Shown: positions 18,890-28,378 of the stretch, piece after piece
Position numbering within the stretch: the first letter of the stretch is position 1
How the letters are laid out: every line of letters starts with the position of its first letter
Assembly (NCBI GenBank): GCA_043814965.1
Contig: JBDRJN010000014.1
Coordinates: forward strand, 3,084 to 67,083
Source of the DNA: Candidatus Omnitrophota bacterium
Lineage (GTDB): Bacteria; Omnitrophota; Gorgyraeia; Gorgyraeales; Gorgyraeaceae
DNA: 64,000 nt
Reading direction: 5' to 3'
Translations under genes and position numbers: made by a program
The notes under the pieces: model-generated
Seen by the model: only the letters and a program-made list of their open reading frames with translations
The model's database searches: none
Told to the model about the DNA's origin: nothing

Positions 18890-20917
18890 TTGAAATATCC
18901 CAGGTCTTTCAATATCACTACTAAATTTATACTATGGTTTTTAGTCATCGCGCTAGTTCCTCTCATCATAGCTATATCCATAAGCTATAATAGTTCCCAG
19001 GCCGCATTAAGAAAAGAAGTTGCTAATAGCTTGGTAGCAATCGCAAACAATAAGGCCTATCAGATAGAATCGTTTCTCATCGAAAAGAAAAAGAATGTAA
19101 GTTTGTTATCTTATGACTCGGATATTATCGAGATAATGGGGGATTTCAATGATGTATTAGATAGATCCGGCTTTGATTCAGAGGAGTATATAGCCATAGA
19201 AGAAGAGCATAGGTCTTTGCTTACTTATTATAATAAGACCTTAGGTTATGAAGATATCTTTCTTGTAAGGCCAAATGGCGATGTAGCCTTTTCAGTGAAT
19301 AAAACAAAAGATGTTGTCTCGCTTTATGAGATCGCTTTATCTAAAAAACCTTCTGAACTTGTAAACATATTCATAGAGTCTAAAAAATCTTTAAAGATAG
19401 AGACGTCGGATTTCGAATATAATGATATTACAAATAGAGCAGCCTTATTTATAGGCTCCCCGTTGTTCAGGGGCGCTGAGTTTATCGGAGTGCTTATACT
19501 GAAGATGGACAATAGCGATGTATCTAGGTTTGTCCTGGATTATAAGGGCCTTGGTAAAACAGCCGAGACTATAGTAGCCTCCAAAATAAATAATGAGATA
19601 GTCTGTATTACTCCCCTAAGATTCGATAAAGATGCAGCATTTAAGAGAAAACTCCCTTTAGGTTCTAGAAATATGCATTATCTGCAGGATGCTGTCGAGG
19701 GAAAAGACGGCATAGGTATATTTACTGACTATAGAAATAACGATGCCCTCACAGTATGGAGACATCTCCCGTCTTTTCGCTGGGGTATGGCTGTAAAAAT
19801 GGATAGCGTAGAAGTCTTTAAATCAGCAAAGGACTTGAGAGACAGACTGATAGAAATAAGCCTTATTCTTTTGCTAGTGGTCATGATAATGGCTGTTGTC
19901 ATTGCAAGGTCTGTATCCAGCCCGATAAAGAACCTTACTAGGGTTTCAAAGGTCATCAGCAGGGGCAATCTTCTTGCGAGGGCAAAGGTCAATACAAAAG
20001 ACGAATTAGGTGAACTGGCAGAGTCTTTTAACTATATGACTGACAAGCTTATTGAGGCCAAAGCAAAAGTAGAAGAAAAAAACAATCAACTGCAAGAACA
20101 GAAGATATTACTTGAAAAAGTAAACAAAGAACTGGACAGTTTTGTCTATACTGTTTCACATGATCTTAAGACCCCGCTCAATGGCATATACGGTTTTACA
20201 GACCTACTTGAAAAAGATTATTTTGATAAAGTAGGTAAAAATGGACAGGAATACCTCGGGAGGATACGCCATGGCGTGGAAAGGATGCGGAGGCTCATAG
20301 AGGACCTTTTGGCTCTTTCCAGGATCAGTAGGATAAAGAATCCATTTGAAGATGTTGACGTGAATCAATTATTAGAATCTGTTATGGATAGGATAGAATT
20401 CGAGATAAAAAAGAACAATGTGGAGCTTTCTGTTGCAAAAGGCCTGCCTATATTGCATTGTGACAGGATTAAAATGGAAGAGGTGTTTCTTAATCTGATG
20501 ACCAACGCGATAAAATTTTCCTCGAAAGACAGGTCCAATGTACCAAAGATAGAGATAGGATATCATGATAGGCAGGATGCTTATGAATTTTATATAAAAG
20601 ATAATGGCATAGGGATAGAAAAGAAATATCATAAAGAAATATTTGACATCTTTAGAAGGCTTCACCATCAGAAAGAATACGAGGGGACAGGAGCTGGGTT
20701 AAGTATAGTCAAAAGGGTAATAGATGACCATAATGGCAGGATATGGGTAGAAAGTGAGCTGGGACAAGGCACGACATTTTGCTTTACTATTCCTAAAAAA
20801 GGCATGAAGCGAAAAAAACTCGGAGAGATATTGTTGGCAGAAGGAACTATTTCCAAAGAAGACCTCAAAAAAGCCCTAGAAAAACAGGGCATAGATGATA
20901 TTAATGTCTCTAGTTAA
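18890..20917 (+). CDS. sensor histidine kinase (TM - periplasmic Cache-like sensor - TM - HAMP - HisKA - HATPase_c)
   Basis: TTG start 1 nt after the receiver gene's stop. Two TM segments flank a roughly 280-aa extracytoplasmic domain. A HAMP-like linker is followed by an H-box (VSHDLKTPLNGI), an N-box (LMTNAIKFS) and a G-box (GTGAGLSIVKRVIDDHNG). Confidence 0.8.
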   Translation: MKYPRSFNITTKFILWFLVIALVPLIIAISISYNSSQAALRKEVANSLVAIANNKAYQIESFLIEKKKNVSLLSYDSDIIEIMGDFNDVLDRSGFDSEEYIAIEEEHRSLLTYYNKTLGYEDIFLVRPNGDVAFSVNKTKDVVSLYEIALSKKPSELVNIFIESKKSLKIETSDFEYNDITNRAALFIGSPLFRGAEFIGVLILKMDNSDVSRFVLDYKGLGKTAETIVASKINNEIVCITPLRFDKDAAFKRKLPLGSRNMHYLQDAVEGKDGIGIFTDYRNNDALTVWRHLPSFRWGMAVKMDSVEVFKSAKDLRDRLIEISLILLLVVMIMAVVIARSVSSPIKNLTRVSKVISRGNLLARAKVNTKDELGELAESFNYMTDKLIEAKAKVEEKNNQLQEQKILLEKVNKELDSFVYTVSHDLKTPLNGIYGFTDLLEKDYFDKVGKNGQEYLGRIRHGVERMRRLIEDLLALSRISRIKNPFEDVDVNQLLESVMDRIEFEIKKNNVELSVAKGLPILHCDRIKMEEVFLNLMTNAIKFSSKDRSNVPKIEIGYHDRQDAYEFYIKDNGIGIEKKYHKEIFDIFRRLHHQKEYEGTGAGLSIVKRVIDDHNGRIWVESELGQGTTFCFTIPKKGMKRKKLGEILLAEGTISKEDLKKALEKQGIDDINVSS

Positions 20918-20949
20918 TTACAACCATAGTAAGGCGTTCCTATAAACTC

Positions 20950-21195
20950 AAGGTGAAATTTTTCCCTCGCAACATAGTATCATAAGAGTGTTACTCGGGA
21001 TCGTCTTTTAAGGAAGTATTTTTATATAGGGCTAAAAAAACTCGTCCGTCAATATGTGTGGCGGACTCAAACAGTAGTAGGGGGGCCTTAAGGCTCCCCT
21101 ACCGTAGAAAAGGTTTAGGCGAGAGCGAAAAAGAAAATAGAGTAACCCTGCACCGTACTGGTGCAGGGCACGCTGGGAAAATTTTACGTCCTCGA
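20950..21195 (+). repeat. structured repeat element copy A (about 245 nt; conserved hairpin core AAAAACTCGTCCGTCAATATGTGTGGCGGACTC; two further perfect stem-loops)
   Basis: Shares a 40-nt near-identical core, a similar 5' segment (GAAANTTTTCCC..ATAGT) and similar core spacing with the element at 38010-38263. It contains hairpins at 21041-21068, 21076-21103 and 21150-21172 and is bounded by an imperfect IR (GAAATTTTTCCC / GGGAAAATTTT). The overlapping ORF 21032..21223 is judged spurious. Confidence 0.5.
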
Positions 21196-21301
21196 AAGTA
21201 GTACACACAAAGCATGCTAGCAATAATATAGCTTAAACCAAGCTTAAACCGCCACAATTATATTGACTACTATACGCTATATATGCTAGTATATTTTCTC
21301 T

Positions 21302-22195
21302 ATGGCGAAGAAGAGGGCGAAAAGGCTTATTCTATTCTGGCTCTTTAGCTTTCTGAGTATCGTAATTCGGATCTTACCCCTAAGGTTTGCACTTTTTGTA
21401 GGAAAATTTTTAGGAAAGATATCTTTTTATCTACTCAAGAAAGAAAGAGATACAGCCTTAAAAAATCTTGATATTGCGTATGGCGATTCCAAGTCTTTAG
21501 AAGAGAAAAATGCCTTGATCAGGAAGGTATTCGAGAATCTCGGAAAGAACCTGATAGAGATAGTCTCTCTTCCAAAGTTCAATGCTTCTAACATAGATAA
21601 GTATATATCTTGCAGGGGGATCGAAGTTATAGAAGATTTCTTAAATAAAGGAAAAGGCGGAATAGCCCTTAGCGCTCATTTTGGGAACTGGGAACTGATG
21701 GCGCACTATTTTGGGATAAAAGGCTATTCGGTAAATGTAGTTGCCCGCCGTGTAAGGATGGAAGAATTTGAAAGGTTCCTTGTCAGTATAAGAAAAAGGA
21801 ACAATGTAAATGTACTATATCGAGATGGTTCTATAAAGGATATACTAGCCCTTCTCAAGAAAAATCAGTTTATAGGGATAATGCCTGATCAGGATATGGA
21901 TAGCGTATCGGGCGTATTTGTGGATTTTTTTGGGAAAAAGGCCTTTACGCCTAATGGACCGGCAATACTGCATTCTTTGATAAAAAGCCCTATTATACCA
22001 TGTTTCATGATAAGAAAAGGTTTTGGCCATGAAATATGCATAGATAGAGAATTAAGATTGGCTAGTACTGATAACAAAGAGAAGGATATCCTGGATAACA
22101 CCGCCAAATATACGAAAATCATAGAAAGTTATATCAGGAATAATCCAGAGCAATGGGTCTGGTTCCATGACAGGTGGAAGACCAGGCCGGATTAG
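21302..22195 (+). CDS. lipid A biosynthesis acyltransferase (LpxL/LpxM/HtrB family), second paralogue
   Basis: IALSAHFGNWELMAHYFG and IMPDQD match the LpxL family. Length is 297 aa. Confidence 0.75.
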   Translation: MAKKRAKRLILFWLFSFLSIVIRILPLRFALFVGKFLGKISFYLLKKERDTALKNLDIAYGDSKSLEEKNALIRKVFENLGKNLIEIVSLPKFNASNIDKYISCRGIEVIEDFLNKGKGGIALSAHFGNWELMAHYFGIKGYSVNVVARRVRMEEFERFLVSIRKRNNVNVLYRDGSIKDILALLKKNQFIGIMPDQDMDSVSGVFVDFFGKKAFTPNGPAILHSLIKSPIIPCFMIRKGFGHEICIDRELRLASTDNKEKDILDNTAKYTKIIESYIRNNPEQWVWFHDRWKTRPD

Positions 22196-22199
22196 CAAT

Positions 22200-23012
22200 A
22201 TGGAATCAAAAGGTTTAAAAAGGTTGAAGTTAAAAACAGGTATAGTCATATTTTTGACAGCATATTTTAGTTCAGCCTGCTTAGCCTTGACAGATAGCAA
22301 GGCAGGACAATCTCTGGATGGTTTTTCTCTTGTGCAGTATGAGGATAATGTAAAAAGAAAATGGCAGTTAGAAGGAAAAGAGGCCAATATCGAGGAAGAG
22401 CTGGCCAGGATAGATGAAGTATCAGCTATTGTATTTGGGAAAAAGGCCGCATTTAAATTAAAAGCCAAGAAAGGGTATTTCGACTTAAAAGAGCAGAAAG
22501 GGACGCTGCAGGAAGACGTAGTGATAAAGAGTACGGATGGTACAAGGGTAAGAGCGGACTATTTGGATTGGTATGGAAAAACCGATATTATATCAAGCGA
22601 TGGCCTGGTCAGTATACATAGAAGGGATTTTGATATCATAGGAAAAGGCGTATTCTACGACCTTAATCAGAAGATAGCCAGGTTCAAGGAAGATGTAGCG
22701 GTGAATAGTATTATGCCGGATGTGGATGTGGTAGTCACATGCGATGGCCCTTTCGAGATAGATTATGATAAAGGCTGGGCTACTTTTTACAATAATGTAG
22801 CCATCAAGGACAAAAGAGGAAATGTCTTTTCAAACAGGGTCGATTTGTATCTAGGAGAGGACAAAAAGGAATTGGAAAAGATAGTAGCCAGAGAAAATGT
22901 AGAGATTTCGGATAGGGATAACATTATAACAACTGATGAGGCGATATACATAGTAAAAGAAGAAAAACTGATCCTTCCGAATAAGCCGAGATTGGTGATG
23001 AAAAATGAGTAA
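22200..23012 (+). CDS. LptC/LptA-family (OstA-like) LPS transport periplasmic protein, membrane-anchored
   Basis: N-terminal TM anchor followed by two OstA-like beta-jellyroll-type segments. It sits immediately upstream of, and overlaps, lptB. The 271-aa length suggests an LptC-LptA-like tandem arrangement. Confidence 0.55.
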   Translation: MESKGLKRLKLKTGIVIFLTAYFSSACLALTDSKAGQSLDGFSLVQYEDNVKRKWQLEGKEANIEEELARIDEVSAIVFGKKAAFKLKAKKGYFDLKEQKGTLQEDVVIKSTDGTRVRADYLDWYGKTDIISSDGLVSIHRRDFDIIGKGVFYDLNQKIARFKEDVAVNSIMPDVDVVVTCDGPFEIDYDKGWATFYNNVAIKDKRGNVFSNRVDLYLGEDKKELEKIVARENVEISDRDNIITTDEAIYIVKEEKLILPNKPRLVMKNE

Positions 23013-23748
23013 TTATGTGAACAGTGAACACCTGTTGGAAATAAAGGGCCTCGCTAAGTCCTATGAAGATAAAAGAGTGGTGGACGGCGTGGACATGAGT
23101 GTTAAACGGGGTGAGATAGTCGGCCTCTTGGGGCCTAATGGCGCTGGCAAGACCACGACATTTTATATGGTAGTTGGGATGCTTAAACCCGATAAAGGCA
23201 GGATCATATTCGATAATAAAGATATCACTAACTTGGCTATGTATAAAAGGGCCAGGAATGGCATAGGATATCTCTCTCAAGAGCCTTCTATATTCAGGAG
23301 ATTGACAGTAGAAGAAAATATCATGGCTATACTTGAAACCCTAGACCTTCCCAGGAGCATTAGAAAGAAAAGATTGGAAGAACTGTTGGATGAGCTTAGC
23401 ATATCTAATGTTGCAAAGAAAAAGGCATATCTGCTTTCAGGAGGAGAGAGAAGGAGGCTTGAGATAACAAGGGCGCTTGTTACCAATCCGCTTTTTATAC
23501 TTTTGGATGAGCCTTTTAGCGGAATAGACCCTATTGCAGTAGCTGATGCTCAGGAGATAATAGCTGATCTAAAAAGGAAGGGCCTGGGAATATTACTTAC
23601 AGATCACAATGTTAGAGAAACACTTGAAATAACCGACCGTTCGTATATAATGGCGGGAGGGCGTATCCTGATCTCAGGTACTGCAAATGAACTGATAAAC
23701 GACCAAAAGGCACGCGAGATATATCTCGGTGAAAAATTTAGGATGTAG
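23005..23748 (+). CDS. lptB: LPS export ABC transporter ATP-binding protein
   Basis: Walker A ([14 protein letters not shown]), ABC signature ([15 protein letters not shown]) and Walker B ([11 protein letters not shown]) are present. It follows an lptC/A-like gene. Confidence 0.85.
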   Translation: MSNYVNSEHLLEIKGLAKSYEDKRVVDGVDMSVKRGEIVGLLGPNGAGKTTTFYMVVGMLKPDKGRIIFDNKDITNLAMYKRARNGIGYLSQEPSIFRRLTVEENIMAILETLDLPRSIRKKRLEELLDELSISNVAKKKAYLLSGGERRRLEITRALVTNPLFILLDEPFSGIDPIAVADAQEIIADLKRKGLGILLTDHNVRETLEITDRSYIMAGGRILISGTANELINDQKAREIYLGEKFRM

Positions 23749-23750
23749 AC

Positions 23751-24809
23751 ATGAAAATAAACGTGAAAAAACTTAAAAACTGTAAAAAGATAATAGAAGT
23801 AAAAATACCTTCTGAGAGAGTAAAGGATACATTTGATAAAGTCTATAATAGGCTTAAAAAGGTTGCCAGCGTGCCTGGATATAGAGTAGGCAATGCCCCC
23901 AGAGATCTGCTGGAAAAGCACTATTCAGAGACTGCAAAAGAAGAAGTAATAAAGCGCCTTATCCCAGAGAGTTACAAAGATATCTTGGAAGAGCACAAGC
24001 TGGATCCTATGGGGTATCCTGACATTAAGGATGTAAACCTGGAAATGGATGGGTCGTTTTCTTATGTTGCCAGCATTGAGACTAAACCGGGATTTTCTAT
24101 TAAAAATTATAAGGGGTTGAAACTTAAAAAGAAAAAACTGGAAGTCAAAGAAGAAGATATCAATAAAAATCTTGAATCTCTTAGAGAGATGAATGCAAGT
24201 AAAGTGCCCAAAGAGGATAGCGAGGAAAAGGAAAAGGTCCTGCCAAAACTAGACGATGAATTTGCGAAAGACATAGGTTTTGAAAGCTTAGAAAAATTAA
24301 AAGAAGAAATGCGCAATAATCTGAAGGCAAGGCTTGAGTCTGAGATACGGGTAGACCTTGAGATGCAGATCATAAATCAGCTTGTTGACAGCGTGGACTT
24401 TGATGTCCCGGAGTCTTTGATCGAGTCAGAAAAAACTAGGCTTGTAAAAGATGCTGAATCCAGGATAGCTTATATGGAGGCGATCCAAAAAAAGGAAGCC
24501 CCGGATAAAAAATTTGAAATGAGCGATAAAGATAAGGCTGAATTGAGGGAAAACGCTTCCAAGCAGGCTAATCGTCAGGTAAAGGCATTTTTTATTCTGG
24601 ATAAGATCGCACAAATCGAAAAGATTGACTTGAGCCAGGAGGATATGGATAGTAAAATAGAAGAGATGTCCAGGCAGTATAATAGGCCGAAAGAAGAGAT
24701 AGAAAAGTATCTCCAGGATTCGAATATGATAAATGAGATCGCAGTTAACATAAGAAATAAAAAGGTCATAGATTTATTACTAAAAGAAGCTAATACAAAG
24801 GAGGTATAG
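23751..24809 (+). CDS. tig: trigger factor (appears to lack the central FKBP-type PPIase domain)
   Basis: Has the N-terminal ribosome-binding domain with the [16 protein letters not shown] region (FRKGKVP-like) and a C-terminal chaperone arm domain. It is only 352 aa and passes directly from the N-domain linker into the C-domain. clpP follows. Confidence 0.7.
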   Translation: MKINVKKLKNCKKIIEVKIPSERVKDTFDKVYNRLKKVASVPGYRVGNAPRDLLEKHYSETAKEEVIKRLIPESYKDILEEHKLDPMGYPDIKDVNLEMDGSFSYVASIETKPGFSIKNYKGLKLKKKKLEVKEEDINKNLESLREMNASKVPKEDSEEKEKVLPKLDDEFAKDIGFESLEKLKEEMRNNLKARLESEIRVDLEMQIINQLVDSVDFDVPESLIESEKTRLVKDAESRIAYMEAIQKKEAPDKKFEMSDKDKAELRENASKQANRQVKAFFILDKIAQIEKIDLSQEDMDSKIEEMSRQYNRPKEEIEKYLQDSNMINEIAVNIRNKKVIDLLLKEANTKEV

Positions 24810-24810
24810 C

Positions 24811-25416
24811 ATGTCTATGTTGATTCCTATGGTAGTCGAGCAGTCTGATAGAGGCGAGAGGGCATATGATATATATTCAAGGCTCTTAAAGGACAGGATC
24901 ATATTTATCGGTTCCGTTGTAAATGATGATGTTGCCAACCTTATTATAGCTCAGATGTTGTTTCTCCAGACAGAAGACCCTGATAGTGATATAAATTTCT
25001 ATATAAATAGCCCGGGCGGCAGCGTGACAGCCGGACTTGCCATATATGATACTATGCAGTTTGTAAAACCTGATGTGTGTACGTACTGCGTAGGCCAAGC
25101 AGCAAGTATGGGGGCAGTGCTGCTTGGGGCTGGGTCTAAGGGCAAACGATTTGTCCTTCCAAATTCGCGTGTTATGATACATCAACCCTGGGGAGGGGTA
25201 CAAGGCCAGGCTGCGGATATAAGTATACAGGCGAAAGAGATACTTAAGATGAGAGACAAGATAGACGAGATCCTCGCTAAACATACTGGACAAAAATTGG
25301 ATAAGATAAAGCAAGATACTGACAGGGATTATTTCATGTCAGCAGATGAGGCAAAAGAATACGGGATAGTGGATGAAGTACTTTCCGGAAGTATCAAAAA
25401 GAAGAAAAAGCAATAA
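24811..25416 (+). CDS. clpP: ATP-dependent Clp protease proteolytic subunit
   Basis: [16 protein letters not shown] and the catalytic Ser context [11 protein letters not shown], plus His and Asp, match ClpP. Confidence 0.9.
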   Translation: MSMLIPMVVEQSDRGERAYDIYSRLLKDRIIFIGSVVNDDVANLIIAQMLFLQTEDPDSDINFYINSPGGSVTAGLAIYDTMQFVKPDVCTYCVGQAASMGAVLLGAGSKGKRFVLPNSRVMIHQPWGGVQGQAADISIQAKEILKMRDKIDEILAKHTGQKLDKIKQDTDRDYFMSADEAKEYGIVDEVLSGSIKKKKKQ

Positions 25417-25466
25417 GCATAACGCTAGTAACCTAAAATATCAAAAGAACAAGGAGAACTGATAAA

Positions 25467-26600
25467 ATGGAAAAGAAATATCTATTAACGCCTGGCCCTA
25501 CGCCTGTTCCGCCTGTTGCTTTGGAAGCCATGGCTAGGCCTATTATTCAACATAGGACATCGCAGTTCCAGGATATATTAAAAGAAGCAGAAGAAAACCT
25601 TCAATACGTATTTCAGACCAAGGAAAAGGTCTTTATACTGGCTTCTAGCGGCACAGGAGCTATGGAAGCCGCTGTCAGCAATGTGCTTTCTTCCGGAGAC
25701 AAGGCCTTAGTAGTGCGCGCTGGTAAATTCGGAGAGAGATGGGGCGAGATATGTTCTGCTTATAAGATAGACTTCGTAGCTATAGATGTGGAATGGGGAA
25801 GATCAGTAGATCCAGAGGATATAAAAAAGATATTGGATAAAGATAGCAAGATAAAGGCAGTATATGTGACTCTTTGCGAGACTTCAACTGGCGTTACAAC
25901 TGATATAAAGGCTATAGCTAACATCACAAAAGACAGGGATGTAATAATAGTTGTAGATGCAATAAGCGCCCTGGGAGCAGTACCTCTCAAGACCGATGAA
26001 TGGGGTATTGATATAGTGGTAGCTGGTTCTCAGAAAGGGCTCATGATACCTCCAGGGCTTGCTTTTATAAGTATGAGCCAAAAGGCTCTTAAGAGATTAG
26101 GAACATCCGATCTTCCAAAGTTCTATTTCGATCTGAAGGCCTATAAAAAATCTATCGATAAATGTGATACACCATATACGCCTTGTGTAAATCTTATTAT
26201 CGGTTTAAACGAGACCCTTAAGCTCATAAAAAAAGAAGGCATTGATAATGTCATAGCCGGCCATCAAAAAAATTCCCTAGCTGTGAGAAACGCAATGAAG
26301 GCATTAGGGCTGGAGCTTTTTAGCCCTGATTTCTATTCTGATGCCGTAACTTCAGTAAAGGTCCCGGATGGAATAGATGGCGGGAAGATAGTAAAGACGA
26401 TGAGAGATAAATATGGAGTAGCTATTGCTGGAGGACAGGGCTCTCTCAAGGGAAAGATATTTAGGATAGCCACAATGGGGTATATTACAAAATCTGATCT
26501 AGAAGTCGGTATAACAACGCTTGAGATAGTCTTGGCTGAGCTAGGTTATAAATTTGAAAAAGGCGTAGGAGTAAAGACATTTAAAGAAAGTTTGAAGTGA
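25467..26600 (+). CDS. class V aminotransferase (probable phosphoserine/serine-glyoxylate aminotransferase type)
   Basis: AGT class V fold. PLP-Lys region around GSQKGLMIPPGLAFIS. Adjacent to serA. Confidence 0.65.
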   Translation: MEKKYLLTPGPTPVPPVALEAMARPIIQHRTSQFQDILKEAEENLQYVFQTKEKVFILASSGTGAMEAAVSNVLSSGDKALVVRAGKFGERWGEICSAYKIDFVAIDVEWGRSVDPEDIKKILDKDSKIKAVYVTLCETSTGVTTDIKAIANITKDRDVIIVVDAISALGAVPLKTDEWGIDIVVAGSQKGLMIPPGLAFISMSQKALKRLGTSDLPKFYFDLKAYKKSIDKCDTPYTPCVNLIIGLNETLKLIKKEGIDNVIAGHQKNSLAVRNAMKALGLELFSPDFYSDAVTSVKVPDGIDGGKIVKTMRDKYGVAIAGGQGSLKGKIFRIATMGYITKSDLEVGITTLEIVLAELGYKFEKGVGVKTFKESLK

Positions 26601-26606
26601 TAAAAA

Positions 26607-26707
26607 CTCGAAATACTAAATTCGAAATCCGAAACTCGAAACAATGTCTAAATTTAAATTCGAATTTATAATTTGTTTCGGATTTCGGGTTTCGTGCTTC
26701 GAATTTC
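26607..26707. repeat. inverted arrays of tandem CGAAAYC heptamers (hairpin-forming intergenic element)
   Basis: The 5' arm CTCGAAATACTAAATTCGAAATCCGAAACTCGAAACA (26607-26643) is complementary to the 3' arm TGTTTCGGATTTCGGGTTTCGTGCTTCGAATTTC (26674-26707). The arms flank a 30-nt AT-rich spacer. The element starts 7 nt after the aminotransferase stop codon. Confidence 0.7.
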
Positions 26708-26739
26708 ATAAAATATATATTTAAACCAGGGAGATAGAT

Positions 26740-28323
26740 ATGTTTAAAATATTAGTAAGCGATCCAATGGCTGAAGAAGGCATTGATATACTGAAAAAAG
26801 TAAAGGACTTCGAGGTCGATGTCAAAACAAAGCTAAAGCCGGAGGAACTAAAGGAGATCATAAAGGATTACGATGTTTTATTAGTAAGAAGCGCGACCAA
26901 GGTCACAAAGGACGTAATAGAGAATGCCAAAAAGCTTAAGGTCATAGGCAGGGCTGGCGTTGGCCTGGATAATGTTGATCTACAGGCTGCTTCCAAGAGA
27001 GGTATTATTGTGATGAATACTCCAGGAGGAAATACCATCTCTACCGCGGAACACGCATTTTCTTTAATATTGTCTTTATCAAGGAATATCCCGCAGGCAG
27101 ATCTGTCTACAAAGAGCGGACAATGGGAAAGGAAGAAGTTTATGGGTGTTGAGCTTTATGGCAAGACCCTTGGGATCATAGGGCTGGGCCGTATTGGAAG
27201 CGAGGTTGCCAAGCGCGCTATAAGTTTTGAGATGAAGGTCATTGCATATGATCCGTTCCTGTCTTTAGAAAAGGCAAAGGAACTGGGAGTGGCCAGCGTA
27301 GAGCTTGAAAGGATATTTAAGGAATCAGATTATATAACAGTACATACTCCCATGACGGATGAGACAAGGCATATTATTGATAGGCATGCTATAAGCATGA
27401 TGAAAAATGGAGTACGCCTTGTAAATTGCGCGAGAGGCGGGATCATAGATGAAGAGGCTTTACTTGAAGGCATAAAAAGCAAAAAGATAGCTGGAGCTGC
27501 ATTGGATGTATATGAAAAAGAACCGCCAGACAAGAGCCCTCTTATGGAGTGTGATAATGTGATCCTTACCCCTCACCTAGGCGCTTCTACGGAAGAGGCG
27601 CAAGTCAATGTTGCTATTGATATAGCAAACAGCGCAAGGGACGCTATATTGGGATGCGGCATAAGAAACGCTGTAAATGTACCATGTATTGATGTGGAGC
27701 TATACAGGCTTCTTCAGCCTTATGTAGAGTTAGGTGAAAAGATGGGCCTATTAGCTGGCCAGATCGCTGAAGGAAGGATACAGGAGATAAACATAAGATA
27801 TTCTGGAGAACTGTCAAAGTATTCAGTGACTCCTTTGACGGTAGGTATTGTAAAAGGAGCCCTTACACCGATATTGCAAGACACTGTAAATTATGTAAAT
27901 TCTCTTATTGTAGCTAAAGAAAGAGGGATAAAGATAGGAGAATCAAAATCCATAGATGTAGAAGAATACGCCAATCTTATTACAGTAGAAGTAAAGACCG
28001 ACAAAAAGGATCTTTCGGTCATGGGAACCTTATTTACCAAGAAAGACCCCAGGATCGTAAAGATAGATGAATTTCATGTGGATGCTGTGCCTCAGGGATA
28101 TATGCTGGCAGCTTATAATATAGATGTACCTGGGATAATAGGCAAGATAGGTACTATCTTGGGAAATAACGGGATCAATATTGCAGCTATGAGTTTTGGC
28201 AGAAAAGAGGCTGGAGGAAAGACGCTTTCTGTTTTGAATGTTGATAGCGCTATACCAGAAAAGGTCCTTACTGAGATCAGAAAAGCCAAAAATATCCTTG
28301 ATGCAAAGTTAATAAAGCTGTAA
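26740..28323 (+). CDS. serA: D-3-phosphoglycerate dehydrogenase with C-terminal ACT domain
   Basis: Has the 2-hydroxyacid dehydrogenase NAD motif GLGRIGSEVAKRA and a C-terminal ACT domain. Length is 527 aa. Confidence 0.85.
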   Translation: MFKILVSDPMAEEGIDILKKVKDFEVDVKTKLKPEELKEIIKDYDVLLVRSATKVTKDVIENAKKLKVIGRAGVGLDNVDLQAASKRGIIVMNTPGGNTISTAEHAFSLILSLSRNIPQADLSTKSGQWERKKFMGVELYGKTLGIIGLGRIGSEVAKRAISFEMKVIAYDPFLSLEKAKELGVASVELERIFKESDYITVHTPMTDETRHIIDRHAISMMKNGVRLVNCARGGIIDEEALLEGIKSKKIAGAALDVYEKEPPDKSPLMECDNVILTPHLGASTEEAQVNVAIDIANSARDAILGCGIRNAVNVPCIDVELYRLLQPYVELGEKMGLLAGQIAEGRIQEINIRYSGELSKYSVTPLTVGIVKGALTPILQDTVNYVNSLIVAKERGIKIGESKSIDVEEYANLITVEVKTDKKDLSVMGTLFTKKDPRIVKIDEFHVDAVPQGYMLAAYNIDVPGIIGKIGTILGNNGINIAAMSFGRKEAGGKTLSVLNVDSAIPEKVLTEIRKAKNILDAKLIKL

Positions 28324-28378
28324 AAGACAAGTTAAACGTCAGACAGTAACGGAAGACATAGATAAACAAGGAGTCTTT

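Noticed and set aside
21032-21223. ORF 21032..21223 (+) and ORF 38036..38260 (+) in the two long intergenic regions
   Set aside because: Both coincide with the two homologous structured repeat elements. Their sequence is hairpin-rich and Cys/Arg/Leu-skewed, and neither has an RBS. The nucleotide-level conservation of the hairpin core, rather than of the protein, argues for non-coding elements.
20918-21301. RNase P RNA / tmRNA / SRP RNA / 6S RNA in the 384-nt gap after the histidine kinase
   Set aside because: I looked for the diagnostic strings (GGAAAGTCCGG and ACAGAA for RNase P; a tag-peptide ORF plus GGTTCGA..CCA T-arm for tmRNA; AGGTCAGG..GGAAGCAGC for SRP). None is present on either strand. 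The region is instead a copy of the repeat element also found at 38010.
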